From a virus, in IMG/VR virus record IMGVR_UViG_3300046468_002660: DNA of 64,000 nucleotides. The stretch is one strand, 5' to 3'. A program made the position numbers and the translations under genes. Of this stretch, positions 34,198 to 44,119 are shown piece by piece. Each line of letters opens with the position of its first letter. The first letter of the stretch is position 1. The notes under the pieces were generated by a model that was not told the DNA's origin, searched no databases, and saw only the letters and a list, made by a program, of their open reading frames with translations.

Positions 34198-35814
34198 ATG
34201 AAAAAAATAACAATACGCACGGGATCTAACCTAAGCCCTATACTTCAGTCAACTGTTAATATTCCGCAAGCTTTTACAGAACTTGTTAAAAATTCGATTC
34301 AAAATTTATCTACAATAGTAAGTATTGAAATCAAAAATGATACCATTTTGATTGCAGACAACGGTATTGGTTTTAATTATTTAAATGACAGTGATGGCAA
34401 GAATGATTTTGATCGTTATTTTGTTTTTGGGAATTCTTATGATGCAACCCGTGGAGAAGGTTTAAGGTTAGGGCATATGGGTTTAGGTGGAAAATTATCT
34501 AACGACAAATTATCTAAAGCAGGTGCGCCAAATTGGTCTTTGTATACAAAAAATAAAACGGGTGAAGCTTTTATTGTAAACTACAATCCACCTAAATCAG
34601 AATTCTTAGATGATTATTCCCCTGAAATTCAACCTGTTAACTCAAAAGACTCGTTGGTAAACACAACCACAGGAACTACAGTTGTCATTAATGATGTTAA
34701 TGATATTTTTCATAATAACAATCGCTTAATCCATGAAATAAAAGAAGAGTTGAGGAATTTCTTCGGGACTTTAGTTACTTCAATCCATCAAGAAGGAAAA
34801 AATCTTGAAGTTATTTTCAATGGTGAATCTTTAAATTTTGATTATCGTTTACCTGGAATATCTTTCGCTCCTTTGGTGAAAAGTTTTAGTTATGACTATT
34901 ATGGTGAAGAAAAAACATCTGAAATAACTTTTAATTTATCTTATGTAAAGACAAGAGAATTTTTAAAAGACCATCCTGTGCAGAATGTTCAAATAGTTTC
35001 TAATGTAAAAATCAGTGACTTGTATTTATCAAACTCAGATCTTTTAGATCTTTTAACAGAAGATGAAGATGAAAAACTTGAAATTATGAATTTGTTTCAT
35101 AATACGATTGGTTATGTAAGTTGTCCAGATATAAGTTCTGTTTTGGATGATTCAGGAATGCCAGCAAAAGATCTCTCACATCATAGTCTACGTTCGGATC
35201 ATCCGATCACAACCGCTTTCTTGGAAAAAACCTACGAAGTTATCATTGATCTACTTAGAGCTTATAAAAAACTTAAACGAGAAAACGAATTCAAACATTT
35301 TAATAATTTTGTAGGTCAAATTACTGATTTCTTAAAGTCAACAAATATGTTAAGTAAAGATATGCTAGTCACAATCCGTAAACCATCAAAAAACCTTAAC
35401 GATGTAGAGCGTTCAGCGTCTTCGGCTATACGCAATGCTAGAGAATTCAATCCAAAAAACAAAACCCAAAAAGATAGATCTAATTGGGAAACAGAAGTAA
35501 AAGCTAGTGAAAATTATTTAAACCAAGAAGTAATTGATTACAATATTATTGATTTTGGTGAAGGTAACGAAGAAGAAATGTCGAAGCATTTGAATGCTAA
35601 TAATTTTCAAATTTTAATTAATTCTACAAATTATAAATATCAAAAAGTAAACAATTCCAAAAACCCTCTTTTTATAATGCTACATCTTTCTGAATGTTTA
35701 ATTTCGGAAATATGTACTTTTCATAACCCAAGCGTTACAAGAAAAGAAATTGAAAAATGTGTCGCTAACTTTTATAAAAATTATTTTGATGAAATGTTAA
35801 CTTTAGTAAAGTAA
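34198..35814 (+). CDS. GHKL (HSP90/MutL/MORC-like) ATPase
   Basis: FTELVKNS, IADNGIGF, GHMGLGGK, TGTTV. Confidence 0.8.
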   Translation: MKKITIRTGSNLSPILQSTVNIPQAFTELVKNSIQNLSTIVSIEIKNDTILIADNGIGFNYLNDSDGKNDFDRYFVFGNSYDATRGEGLRLGHMGLGGKLSNDKLSKAGAPNWSLYTKNKTGEAFIVNYNPPKSEFLDDYSPEIQPVNSKDSLVNTTTGTTVVINDVNDIFHNNNRLIHEIKEELRNFFGTLVTSIHQEGKNLEVIFNGESLNFDYRLPGISFAPLVKSFSYDYYGEEKTSEITFNLSYVKTREFLKDHPVQNVQIVSNVKISDLYLSNSDLLDLLTEDEDEKLEIMNLFHNTIGYVSCPDISSVLDDSGMPAKDLSHHSLRSDHPITTAFLEKTYEVIIDLLRAYKKLKRENEFKHFNNFVGQITDFLKSTNMLSKDMLVTIRKPSKNLNDVERSASSAIRNAREFNPKNKTQKDRSNWETEVKASENYLNQEVIDYNIIDFGEGNEEEMSKHLNANNFQILINSTNYKYQKVNNSKNPLFIMLHLSECLISEICTFHNPSVTRKEIEKCVANFYKNYFDEMLTLVK

Positions 35815-35881
35815 ATTTTTCTGTGTAATTGACTATAATGAATGATTGATTTTTATTGTTTTATTTTTATTATAATTTTGA

Positions 35882-37168
35882 ATGGAAGATAAAAATATAG
35901 TTTATGTCGGAATGAGTGCCGATTTAATTCATCCTGGTCATATAAACATACTAGAGTCAGCTTCTAAATATGGTTTAGTAACAGTTGGACTTCTAACAGA
36001 TAAAGCTATTGCAAGTTATAAAAGGCTTCCAGCCTTAACTTACGATCAAAGAAAAAGAGTTATCGAAAATTTCAAATTTGTATCTAATGTTATTCCTCAA
36101 ACAACTTTAGATTATAGTGAAAATCTAAATAAAATTCGACCTAAATATGTTGTTCATGGAGATGATTGGCGAACAGGGATTCAAAAAAGTAGTCGCCAAA
36201 AAGTCATTGATTTATTAGATTCTTGGGGTGGCGAATTAATTGAGCTCGAATATACTCCAGGTATCTCTTCAACTCAATTACATCAAAGCGTTCAAGAGGT
36301 TGGGGTTACCCCACAGATTAGACAAGATAAATTAAAAAGATTATTAAAAGCTAAAGATTATGTTCGAGTTATTGAGTCTCATAATGGACTAAGCGGTTTA
36401 ATAGCTGAAAATGTAAACTTTGAAGGTAAAGAATTTGATGCAATCTGGCTTTCTAGCTTAACAGATTCTACAGTTAGAGGAAAACCTGATATAGAGCTGC
36501 TAGATCGATACGGAACTTTAAATGATATTATTGAGGTAACAACTAAACCCATAATTGTAGATGGAGACACTGGAGGAAAAATAGAGCACTTTTCTTTCAC
36601 TGTTAAAACTTTAGAAAGATTAGGGGTTTCCGCTATAATTATTGAAGACAAAATTGGATTGAAAAAAAACTCCTTGCTTGGAACTGAGGTTAAACAAGAG
36701 CAAGATTCAATAGAAAATTTTTGCAGTAAAATTAAAGCGGGGAAACATTCACAACGCTCAGAAAACTTCATGATTATTGCGAGGGTGGAGAGTTTTATTT
36801 TAGGGAAAACAGTGGAAGATGCAATTGATCGTGCAAAAGCTTATATAGAAGCTGGCGCTGACGGAATTATGATTCATAGCAAAGAGTCCAATGGTGAAGA
36901 AATTATTGATTTCTGTAATGAATACAGCCTCCTGAACCAAAGAGTACCACTTGTTGTTGTGCCATCTTCATACAATCATTTCACAGAACAAGAATTGAAT
37001 GATCTTGGGGCAGATGTTATTATTTACGCAAACCATTTACTAAGAAGCGCTTATCCTAGTATGGTTAAAACAGCAGAATCGATACTTAAACACTCTCGCT
37101 CTCTAGAAGCTTCAAATGAGTGCATGTCTATAAAAAATATTTTAAATTTAATTCCAGGAACGAAATGA
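35882..37168 (+). CDS. pepM: Phosphoenolpyruvate mutase with N-terminal cytidylyltransferase domain (AepX-type)
   Basis: DLIHPGH NTase domain; [14 protein letters not shown] and diagnostic [10 protein letters not shown] (EDKx5NS). Confidence 0.95.
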   Translation: MEDKNIVYVGMSADLIHPGHINILESASKYGLVTVGLLTDKAIASYKRLPALTYDQRKRVIENFKFVSNVIPQTTLDYSENLNKIRPKYVVHGDDWRTGIQKSSRQKVIDLLDSWGGELIELEYTPGISSTQLHQSVQEVGVTPQIRQDKLKRLLKAKDYVRVIESHNGLSGLIAENVNFEGKEFDAIWLSSLTDSTVRGKPDIELLDRYGTLNDIIEVTTKPIIVDGDTGGKIEHFSFTVKTLERLGVSAIIIEDKIGLKKNSLLGTEVKQEQDSIENFCSKIKAGKHSQRSENFMIIARVESFILGKTVEDAIDRAKAYIEAGADGIMIHSKESNGEEIIDFCNEYSLLNQRVPLVVVPSSYNHFTEQELNDLGADVIIYANHLLRSAYPSMVKTAESILKHSRSLEASNECMSIKNILNLIPGTK

Positions 37169-37560
37169 AAAATATTTTATTTAATAAATTAATCGAGGAG
37201 GGGTATAATTTTTTTTGTGGAGTTCCAGATAGCGGCTTGAAAGAATTCCAAAATTCGATAATAGAATCTAATTTTAAAAACGTTATTGCTACAAACGAAG
37301 GGCAAGCTATTGGAATTGCTGTGGGAGCGATGATGACTGGCTTAAAACCTTGCGTCTACATGCAAAATTCTGGTTTAGGAAATGCAATTAATCCTTTGAC
37401 AAGTTTATGCGCTCCTTTTAACCTAAATCCTTTGTTAGTCATAGGTCATAGGCATACATTACCTCAACACAAAATAATGGGAAAGGTTGATGAAGATTTG
37501 CTGGATTTAATAGGTTACAAAAATTACCTTTTAATAAAAGGAGATAATAATGAAAAGTAG
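37165..37560 (+). CDS. Phosphonopyruvate decarboxylase, alpha subunit
   Basis: [37 protein letters not shown]; ATGA-coupled to pepM. Confidence 0.9.
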   Translation: MKNILFNKLIEEGYNFFCGVPDSGLKEFQNSIIESNFKNVIATNEGQAIGIAVGAMMTGLKPCVYMQNSGLGNAINPLTSLCAPFNLNPLLVIGHRHTLPQHKIMGKVDEDLLDLIGYKNYLLIKGDNNEK

Positions 37561-38008
37561 AAAAGAAGCTTTATTGGAAATATTTAATTCTCACCCCAAA
37601 AACTCTCTCTTTGTTATTTCTACTGGGTTTTTATGCAGATCTGTCTATAATTTATTCCCTGATAAAAAAAATATTTTTTATATGCAGGGTAGTATGGGTC
37701 TTGCTCCTTGCATTGCTCTTGGTGTTGCCCTTAACACTTCAAAAGATGTTGTAGTTATTAATGGAGATGGAGCGCATTTAATGCACTTAGGTATAACTCA
37801 TACTATTAGAGATGAAAACCTCAAAAATTTATATCACTATATTCTTGACAATGGATCTCATGAATCTGTTGGCGGTTATAAATGCGCATCCTTAGAAAAA
37901 TCTTATTGTGGGGTTAATAAAATATTTAAAATCTCTAAAGATGGCAAATCTTCACGGGTTGGTTTTGATTTTGAAGATAATAAAAACAATTTTGTAGAAT
38001 CGATATGA
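37550..38008 (+). CDS. Phosphonopyruvate decarboxylase, beta (TPP-binding) subunit
   Basis: STGFLCR, FYMQGSMG, GDGAHLMHLG, DNGSHESVGG. Confidence 0.9.
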   Translation: MKSRKEALLEIFNSHPKNSLFVISTGFLCRSVYNLFPDKKNIFYMQGSMGLAPCIALGVALNTSKDVVVINGDGAHLMHLGITHTIRDENLKNLYHYILDNGSHESVGGYKCASLEKSYCGVNKIFKISKDGKSSRVGFDFEDNKNNFVESI

Positions 38009-38763
38009 CAGATTTTTTTGTATGCTCAAAATCTACTAAAAAATATATAAAAGGCGAAAACTATTATTTAGTTACCGCTCCCCCAACTAAAGATATATTA
38101 AAAAAAGCTCAAAAATTCTCTAATGTCATTGCAATTGGTGGTGGAGCCGTAATCGATACAGCTAAAATTTTATCAAAAACCCCAATCACTTGTTACCCGA
38201 CAACAGCTGCTGGAGCCTCAGATACCAGCCACTCTGTTTACTGGGATGGTTCGAATAAAAAAAATTTTAATTCATTTTTACCAAAACAAGTTTTTTTAAA
38301 AAAAGAATATGTAGAAACTCTCCCAAGCCAGTTAGTATTGGAAACTAAAAGTGACTTAATAGCTCATTGTCTTGATGTTATTTGGTCGAAAGATAAAACA
38401 GAAGATAGTGAATTTTTTGCGAAAAAAGGTTTGAGCATAATATCAAAAGACCCCACTAATCTTGCATTAATTAAAGCTGGTCGCTTTGGAGGAAAAGCTA
38501 TAGAGATTACCCCTACCACCATTCTTCACTCTCTGTCTTACCCATTAACAGGTATATATAATATCTCTCACGGTTTAGCTTTATCTTTTCTCATACCAAA
38601 AGTTTCGTCTTTAATGAATTTTGACCCTCCGAATATAAATTACACAAAAAACTTGCCTGGAATAGACTGGGATATTGTTGTCAGAAAAGCAATGCAATAT
38701 CCAAAGTTTCATAATACTCACAAAAAACTTAGTGTTAAAAATTTAACAAGCGCTTTAATTTAG
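38005..38763 (+). CDS. Iron-containing alcohol dehydrogenase, putative phosphonoacetaldehyde reductase
   Basis: AIGGGAVIDTAK, PTTAAG, HSLSYPL..HG; operon with pepM/ppd. Confidence 0.8.
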   Translation: MTDFFVCSKSTKKYIKGENYYLVTAPPTKDILKKAQKFSNVIAIGGGAVIDTAKILSKTPITCYPTTAAGASDTSHSVYWDGSNKKNFNSFLPKQVFLKKEYVETLPSQLVLETKSDLIAHCLDVIWSKDKTEDSEFFAKKGLSIISKDPTNLALIKAGRFGGKAIEITPTTILHSLSYPLTGIYNISHGLALSFLIPKVSSLMNFDPPNINYTKNLPGIDWDIVVRKAMQYPKFHNTHKKLSVKNLTSALI

Positions 38764-38786
38764 TGTAATTTTTAATTGATTGTAAC

Positions 38787-39014
38787 ATGGATGATGATTT
38801 TTATATTGGTGGCCCTCGAGATTATGATGAGCAAACAGATGCTTTAAGATTTGATCTTGATGATTTAATAGCTAGATATTTTGAAGAATTTGATCTAAAT
38901 ACTCTTACTATTATTGGAGCTTTGCAAGAAAAAGTTGAAGAATTATGTTCTGGAGGTAATATAGAATTTGAAATGGATGATGATTTTTTTGACGATGAAA
39001 AAGATGAAATTTAA
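38787..39014 (+). CDS. Small very acidic protein
   Basis: 75-aa Asp/Glu-rich ORF. Confidence 0.7.
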   Translation: MDDDFYIGGPRDYDEQTDALRFDLDDLIARYFEEFDLNTLTIIGALQEKVEELCSGGNIEFEMDDDFFDDEKDEI

Positions 39015-39297
39015 GGAATACTATAAACACTATTTAAGCTTACATCAAAACAAAACTTGTATATTATTGCACTACATAGGTCAATGGGCTACAATTGGAG
39101 TTATTTATTTAATTATAAAATATAACTTGTGGTTATTGATACCCATTATACCTTTTGTAGTTTATCCATTTGCTTGGAGCGGACATTATTTTTTTGAAAA
39201 AAATAAACCTGCAGCCTTTAAAAACCCTTGGCTTGCAAAGCTTTCTGACTGGAGAATGTTTTCTGAAATTACCATCGGTAAAATTAAACTTTTTTAA
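39004..39297 (+). CDS. DUF962/Mpo1-like membrane protein
   Basis: YLSLHQN....LHYIG...AWSGHYFFEKNKPAAF..P. Confidence 0.8.
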   Translation: MKFKEYYKHYLSLHQNKTCILLHYIGQWATIGVIYLIIKYNLWLLIPIIPFVVYPFAWSGHYFFEKNKPAAFKNPWLAKLSDWRMFSEITIGKIKLF

Positions 39298-39309
39298 AAT
39301 TCAATATGT

Positions 39310-39356
39310 AAAAAAAAATATTCCACGAAAACCTTAACAGTGGACTATATACATTA
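39310..39356 (+). repeat. 47-bp dispersed upstream element, copy 2
   Basis: 41/47 identical to 27336-27382. Confidence 0.85.
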
Positions 39357-39358
39357 AA

Positions 39359-40186
39359 ATGAAAATACTAGTAACAGGACATAAAGGGTATATAGGATCC
39401 CATCTTTATACCGAACTTAAGCAGCGTAAAGATATTACTGAGATTATAGGTGTAGATCTTCAAGATGGAGATGATATTCTTTATTGTTTACCAGATAAAG
39501 ATGTGGATGTTGTATTTCATTTTGCAGCTTTTCCTAGGGTAGAGTACTCTGTTTTAAACCCAAGCTATACCTTTAAACAAAACTGTTTAGTTACTTCTAC
39601 ATTGCTTGATTGGTCTAGAAAACATAATGTCAAAAAATTTATTTTCTCTTCTTCTTCTGCAATTATGGGGGATGGTGACGGAAAACCTAAATCCCCATAT
39701 GGTTTACATAAACTAATTTCTGAGATGGAGTGCAACTTGTATCAAGATCTATACGGAATACAAACGACATGTTTAAGATATTTTAACGCGTATTCGGAAG
39801 ACCAACCTTATGGAGGAGCCTACACAACTGCAATATCAGCATGGATGGAAATGATTCGTCAAAATAAGCCTTTAAGACTTGATGGAGACGGGGAGCAGAC
39901 TAGAGATTTTGTTCACGTTAATGACATTGTCTCAGCAAATATTCTAGCTATGGATCATGACAATATGGATTCTTCCTACTATGATGTTGGATGTGGAGAG
40001 TCTTTTTCGTTAAATTATATTAAAAAATTTATAGATTCTAAAATTGATGTTGAGTGGGATTTTGCTCCACCTCGAAAAGGTGACGCTAGAAACACTTTAG
40101 CTAATATATCACCACTAAAAGATCGTGGCTGGCTCCCTAAAGTTTCTTTTGATGAGGGATTGCAAAAATGTTTCGGCAACTTTTAA
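39359..40186 (+). CDS. NAD-dependent epimerase/dehydratase
   Basis: TGHKGYIG, SSSA, YGLHK, LRYFNAY, GDGEQTRDFVHV. Confidence 0.92.
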   Translation: MKILVTGHKGYIGSHLYTELKQRKDITEIIGVDLQDGDDILYCLPDKDVDVVFHFAAFPRVEYSVLNPSYTFKQNCLVTSTLLDWSRKHNVKKFIFSSSSAIMGDGDGKPKSPYGLHKLISEMECNLYQDLYGIQTTCLRYFNAYSEDQPYGGAYTTAISAWMEMIRQNKPLRLDGDGEQTRDFVHVNDIVSANILAMDHDNMDSSYYDVGCGESFSLNYIKKFIDSKIDVEWDFAPPRKGDARNTLANISPLKDRGWLPKVSFDEGLQKCFGNF

Positions 40187-40206
40187 TTTATTGTGTAAAT
40201 TGATAT

Positions 40207-40428
40207 GTGAATGATCGATCTTGCATTTATTTTTTATTTTTTCTATTAGTTTTAGTTACATATTTTTTATATGATAAAGTTATAGACAATAATCGATTAT
40301 ATCAAATATGCAAAGATCAAGATGAAACTATACACTTGCAATCAGAAGCTATTGCTAAACAAAATTTGTATATTAATATATTAAACAACTCAAGCAATTA
40401 TAAATCTATATATTCTCCCATTCATTAA
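40207..40428 (+). CDS. Small membrane-anchored protein
   Basis: N-terminal TM; GTGTA motif 14 nt upstream. Confidence 0.6.
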   Translation: MNDRSCIYFLFFLLVLVTYFLYDKVIDNNRLYQICKDQDETIHLQSEAIAKQNLYINILNNSSNYKSIYSPIH

Positions 40429-40429
40429 A

Positions 40430-40801
40430 ATGACAATTAGAAGTTTAATTTCAGAATGTAATTATAAATACTTTTTTAATGCTATCTACAAGTATTACTT
40501 AAAAGATAATACTCATGATTTTGTGAGAGGGTTTGACACCCTGCTTTTTAATTATTTTAAGTTGACAAGGAACAATAAGTTAATTGAAGATTTGGATCAA
40601 AATTTTCAGCTATACCTTTCAAATCCTTCTGATCAGATTATTGATGTCAGCGTTTTGGATCTTGCTTTAGATGAACTGCAAACGACTGATAAATTCAAAT
40701 TAGATCAAGTCTTAAATTTTGAAATTATTACCTCTGTGCAATTAAACAAACAAGAAATTTTAGCTCATTGTATCTGGGCCTTTAAAAGTGAGCTTGTATA
40801 A
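40430..40801 (+). CDS. Hypothetical protein
   Basis: 123-aa ORF. Confidence 0.65.
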   Translation: MTIRSLISECNYKYFFNAIYKYYLKDNTHDFVRGFDTLLFNYFKLTRNNKLIEDLDQNFQLYLSNPSDQIIDVSVLDLALDELQTTDKFKLDQVLNFEIITSVQLNKQEILAHCIWAFKSELV

Positions 40802-41294
40802 CCTCCCAACTCACATAAAATCTCCACAAATTGTTTATGGTGTTGTGGAAATAGAAGAAGGTCATAAAAACAAGTATGAGTACGACCCTAATTTAGGCGG
40901 TTTTCTTTATGATCGATGTCTTACTTCAGCAATGGTATATCCTGCAAGCTATGGTTTCATACCAAACACTTTATGTGAAGATGGAGATCCCTTAGATATA
41001 TTGATTATCAGTCCAGAACCAATAAAACGGGCCACTATTGTTGAGTCGAAAGTTTTGGGTGTTTTAGATATGGAAGATGAAGGAGATAAAGATTTTAAAA
41101 TCTTGGCTGTTCCTAATTTTTACACTCATAAATATTCTAACTTACAATCCATTGATAAAGCTTTTTTAGAGATATGTAAAAACTTTTTTGCGCATTATAA
41201 AGATTTATCAGCTTCTGGAGATAGGGTAAAAGTTTTTGATTGGCATGACAAAAAACATGCGCAAAACATTATAAAAGAAAGGATTATAAAATGA
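40788..41294 (+). CDS. ppa: Family I inorganic pyrophosphatase
   Basis: KYEYD, YPASYGFIPNT, DGDPLD, DEGDKDFK, FFAHYK. Confidence 0.95.
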   Translation: MSLYNLPTHIKSPQIVYGVVEIEEGHKNKYEYDPNLGGFLYDRCLTSAMVYPASYGFIPNTLCEDGDPLDILIISPEPIKRATIVESKVLGVLDMEDEGDKDFKILAVPNFYTHKYSNLQSIDKAFLEICKNFFAHYKDLSASGDRVKVFDWHDKKHAQNIIKERIIK

Positions 41295-41365
41295 GTGTTA
41301 TTGCTGTAATTGGGCTTCTTGCTGTTATATATACTGTTTGTTCTTGGGAAAAATATAAATGGTGA
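41291..41365 (+). CDS. 24-aa single-TM small protein (not in ORF track)
   Basis: MSVIAVIGLLAVIYTVCSWEKYKW*; ATGA coupling. Confidence 0.5.
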   Translation: MSVIAVIGLLAVIYTVCSWEKYKW

Positions 41366-41384
41366 ATAATGTGTAACATATTAT

Positions 41385-41585
41385 GTGTCTAAATTTTTTT
41401 GTTTGGTTTTTTTATTCGGTTGCACAACAACTCAAAATCTAAAAGTCACTGATACAAAGTTTACTGATTCTAACCGTGACTGGTCAGCTGTATACAGAGA
41501 AGAAATAAGAATCGCTATTGAAAACGGGGATAAAGAAGCACATTATTTTTTTATTCAAGAGTTGGTTAAGTTGAAGTTTAAATAA
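41385..41585 (+). CDS. Small putative lipoprotein
   Basis: Lipobox-like VFLFGC. Confidence 0.55.
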   Translation: MSKFFCLVFLFGCTTTQNLKVTDTKFTDSNRDWSAVYREEIRIAIENGDKEAHYFFIQELVKLKFK

Positions 41586-41672
41586 GTTTTTAAAAAAAAT
41601 AGAAATTTTTACTTATTTTCTTATGATATATTGCAGAAAGAAAGTTTTAAAAATTTAGTAAAACAAAGAATT

Positions 41673-42398
41673 ATGACAAACGATAATCCTTCATCACTCA
41701 AAAATATTTTTTGTGTATCGTACGGTCATGAAGTGAGTATTAAATTCGACACTTCTCCAGAATTTGATTTGGTGGTTCTTAATTATAGCGATGAAGGGTC
41801 AGAAAATAAATTTCCTCATGATTGCACTCATGAGATGCACGTTAAGACAGAATGTAAAGGCGATCTAATGTTGTTGGCATTAAATTTTGTAAACTTAAAT
41901 TATAAAGATTACTCTAGAGTATGTGTGTTTGATGATGATATTACAATAACAATTTCACAGATCAATCAATTATTCGCAATAGCAGAACAGCACTCGCTCG
42001 ATCAATTTGCTCCATCATTATCACGAGACAGTGTCTTTACTCATGCACACACGTTGTGTCACAACAAGGGTGTGCGGAAAGTGCAATGGGTGGAAGTTAT
42101 GATGCCTGGTTTCAGCAAAAGATTTGTTGACCAGATGTTACCATTGTATAATGACTTATATGATACACACAACTTAAAAAGTTCATGGGGGCTGGATACT
42201 CATGTATTCCCAGCAGTCAATAGCAGCATCAATGGCGGTTGTGCGATTATAGATGACATAATTGTGAAGCATCATAGAGCAATACGTAGTCAAGATATAC
42301 AGTTTTCTAATGGTCGATACGCCTCTCAAGAAGCGGCGATAATATGGAGCAAAATAAATGAATTTTCAAAGAAACACCTTTTTCAAAAACATGATTAA
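41673..42398 (+). CDS. DUF707-like glycosyltransferase
   Basis: FDDDI, WVEVMMPGFS, WGLD, AIIDD..V.H. Confidence 0.65.
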   Translation: MTNDNPSSLKNIFCVSYGHEVSIKFDTSPEFDLVVLNYSDEGSENKFPHDCTHEMHVKTECKGDLMLLALNFVNLNYKDYSRVCVFDDDITITISQINQLFAIAEQHSLDQFAPSLSRDSVFTHAHTLCHNKGVRKVQWVEVMMPGFSKRFVDQMLPLYNDLYDTHNLKSSWGLDTHVFPAVNSSINGGCAIIDDIIVKHHRAIRSQDIQFSNGRYASQEAAIIWSKINEFSKKHLFQKHD

Positions 42399-43116
42399 CA
42401 ACTTTTTTAATAAAATTTTTGTGATTAATCTTCAGAGATGTTCTGATCGAAAAAATCACGTTGAGAAAATAATGTCTGAACAAAATGTTGACTTTGATTT
42501 TGTGGAAGCTGTTGATGGAGAAGCTGAATTTAAAGATCACGAATATTATGTCGATTTTTTAAAAAAAAATTGTTATAACTGCAACAACTGGAACCAAAGC
42601 AAAGCTCAACTTGGTTGTTGGTTAAGTCATATAAAAATTTGGGAAAAAATTGTAGCAGAAAACATTGAATCTTGTTTAATTTTAGAAGATGATTTTCTTT
42701 TTAATAAAAACGCAAGTGTTGAAGAAACATTAAAAGATCTACCTAAAGACTGGAACATCTTTATGGCTGGTTATGGTAGCGCTCAGATTTCAGATGTGAT
42801 AAATGACAATATTGTTAGGCTTACCACTCCTTCTTGCACTCATGCTTATGCTTTAAAATATGAAGCTGCAAAAATTATTTTAGATAATTGCTATCCATTA
42901 ATGGGAGCTTTAGATAGTTTCACTGGGCATATATTTTTTACTAGAGACAATAATAAAATCTTTAAAAATGGTTTTGAAACTAGGTGTAATTTTACCGCAG
43001 AAGAAATGCAAAAAAGAAACCCTAAATATAGTCTAAATTCTTTGGATAATCTATTTAGTTACGCACCAAAAGAACCTCTTTTTACCCAAGGAGGTTCTAA
43101 TTACTCTACAATTTAA
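42391..43116 (+). CDS. Glycosyltransferase family 25
   Basis: FVINL.R..DR, EAVDG, GCWLSH..IW, LILEDD, THAY. Confidence 0.9.
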   Translation: MINNFFNKIFVINLQRCSDRKNHVEKIMSEQNVDFDFVEAVDGEAEFKDHEYYVDFLKKNCYNCNNWNQSKAQLGCWLSHIKIWEKIVAENIESCLILEDDFLFNKNASVEETLKDLPKDWNIFMAGYGSAQISDVINDNIVRLTTPSCTHAYALKYEAAKIILDNCYPLMGALDSFTGHIFFTRDNNKIFKNGFETRCNFTAEEMQKRNPKYSLNSLDNLFSYAPKEPLFTQGGSNYSTI

Positions 43117-43120
43117 TTCT

Positions 43121-44119
43121 ATGAATTATTTAATTAACTTTGCTCATGGCACTTACTTAGGAGCTCAAAAACAAAACTCTAAGACAGGGATAGAATCTGG
43201 ATGTTTCGATGCTGTTATTCAATATAAATATAAAGACATTGAAGAAAGTTTTGAAGTTGAAAATTCGGAAATTTTAAATGGCGGTAATAGCAAGGGTGCT
43301 GGTTTTTGGCTCTGGAAACCTTATTTTTTACTTAAAACTTTAAAATCCGTCAATGAAGGAGATATAATTTTTTATTCTGACTCTGGAGCCTCCTTTGTGA
43401 GAGATGTTAAACCCTTGATAAATGAAGTTAAAAATTCCCCCCAAGGTCTCGCTTGTTTTCATTTAGGTGGAGATCATAAAGAAGGTCTTTGGACTCAAAA
43501 AACTACGCTTTATGGAATGGAGATGGATACTGAAGAAATAAGAAGTTCAACTCAAATAATGGCGAGTTTTGTCGTTGCAAAAAAATGCGCAAGTGCAATA
43601 TCTATTATTGAAGATTGGTTATCTTTTTGCAAAAAACCTGAGCTTATACGTGATAATAAAAATCTTGGTAAAAACTATCCTGGATTCAGATCTCATAGAC
43701 ATGATCAATCAATTTGGAGTTTAATTTGCAAAAAGCATAAAGTTAAGATTCTTCCCGATCCAACTCATTGGGGATTACATTATAATGGAGATCGCAAAGA
43801 CTTTTTTATATTTCATCATCGCCAAGATCCTCCACCAAAAGAAATTCCTTTGGATTTAATCAATATCGCAAATAATTTCAATAAAATAGATTTAAAAAAT
43901 CATCCAGCTCTAGGAACTTGGAATTATCACAATGTTTTTTATCGTGATGTCTCTGAAGACGGTTCTGTTGTACTTAGGAAAAATGACGATATTATATGGA
44001 CTAAAAATTGCATTTCTAAAACTAAAGATTCTTTTTTATTGGAAGACGATCTTTTTCATCAATTTGTTGATGGAAGTTTAAACATAGAGGGCAAATACAA
44101 AGGAGCAAGAGTTCAATGA
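43121..44119 (+). CDS. Putative glycosyltransferase
   Basis: GFWLWKPY, YSDSG, HRHDQSIWSL. Confidence 0.6.
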   Translation: MNYLINFAHGTYLGAQKQNSKTGIESGCFDAVIQYKYKDIEESFEVENSEILNGGNSKGAGFWLWKPYFLLKTLKSVNEGDIIFYSDSGASFVRDVKPLINEVKNSPQGLACFHLGGDHKEGLWTQKTTLYGMEMDTEEIRSSTQIMASFVVAKKCASAISIIEDWLSFCKKPELIRDNKNLGKNYPGFRSHRHDQSIWSLICKKHKVKILPDPTHWGLHYNGDRKDFFIFHHRQDPPPKEIPLDLINIANNFNKIDLKNHPALGTWNYHNVFYRDVSEDGSVVLRKNDDIIWTKNCISKTKDSFLLEDDLFHQFVDGSLNIEGKYKGARVQ

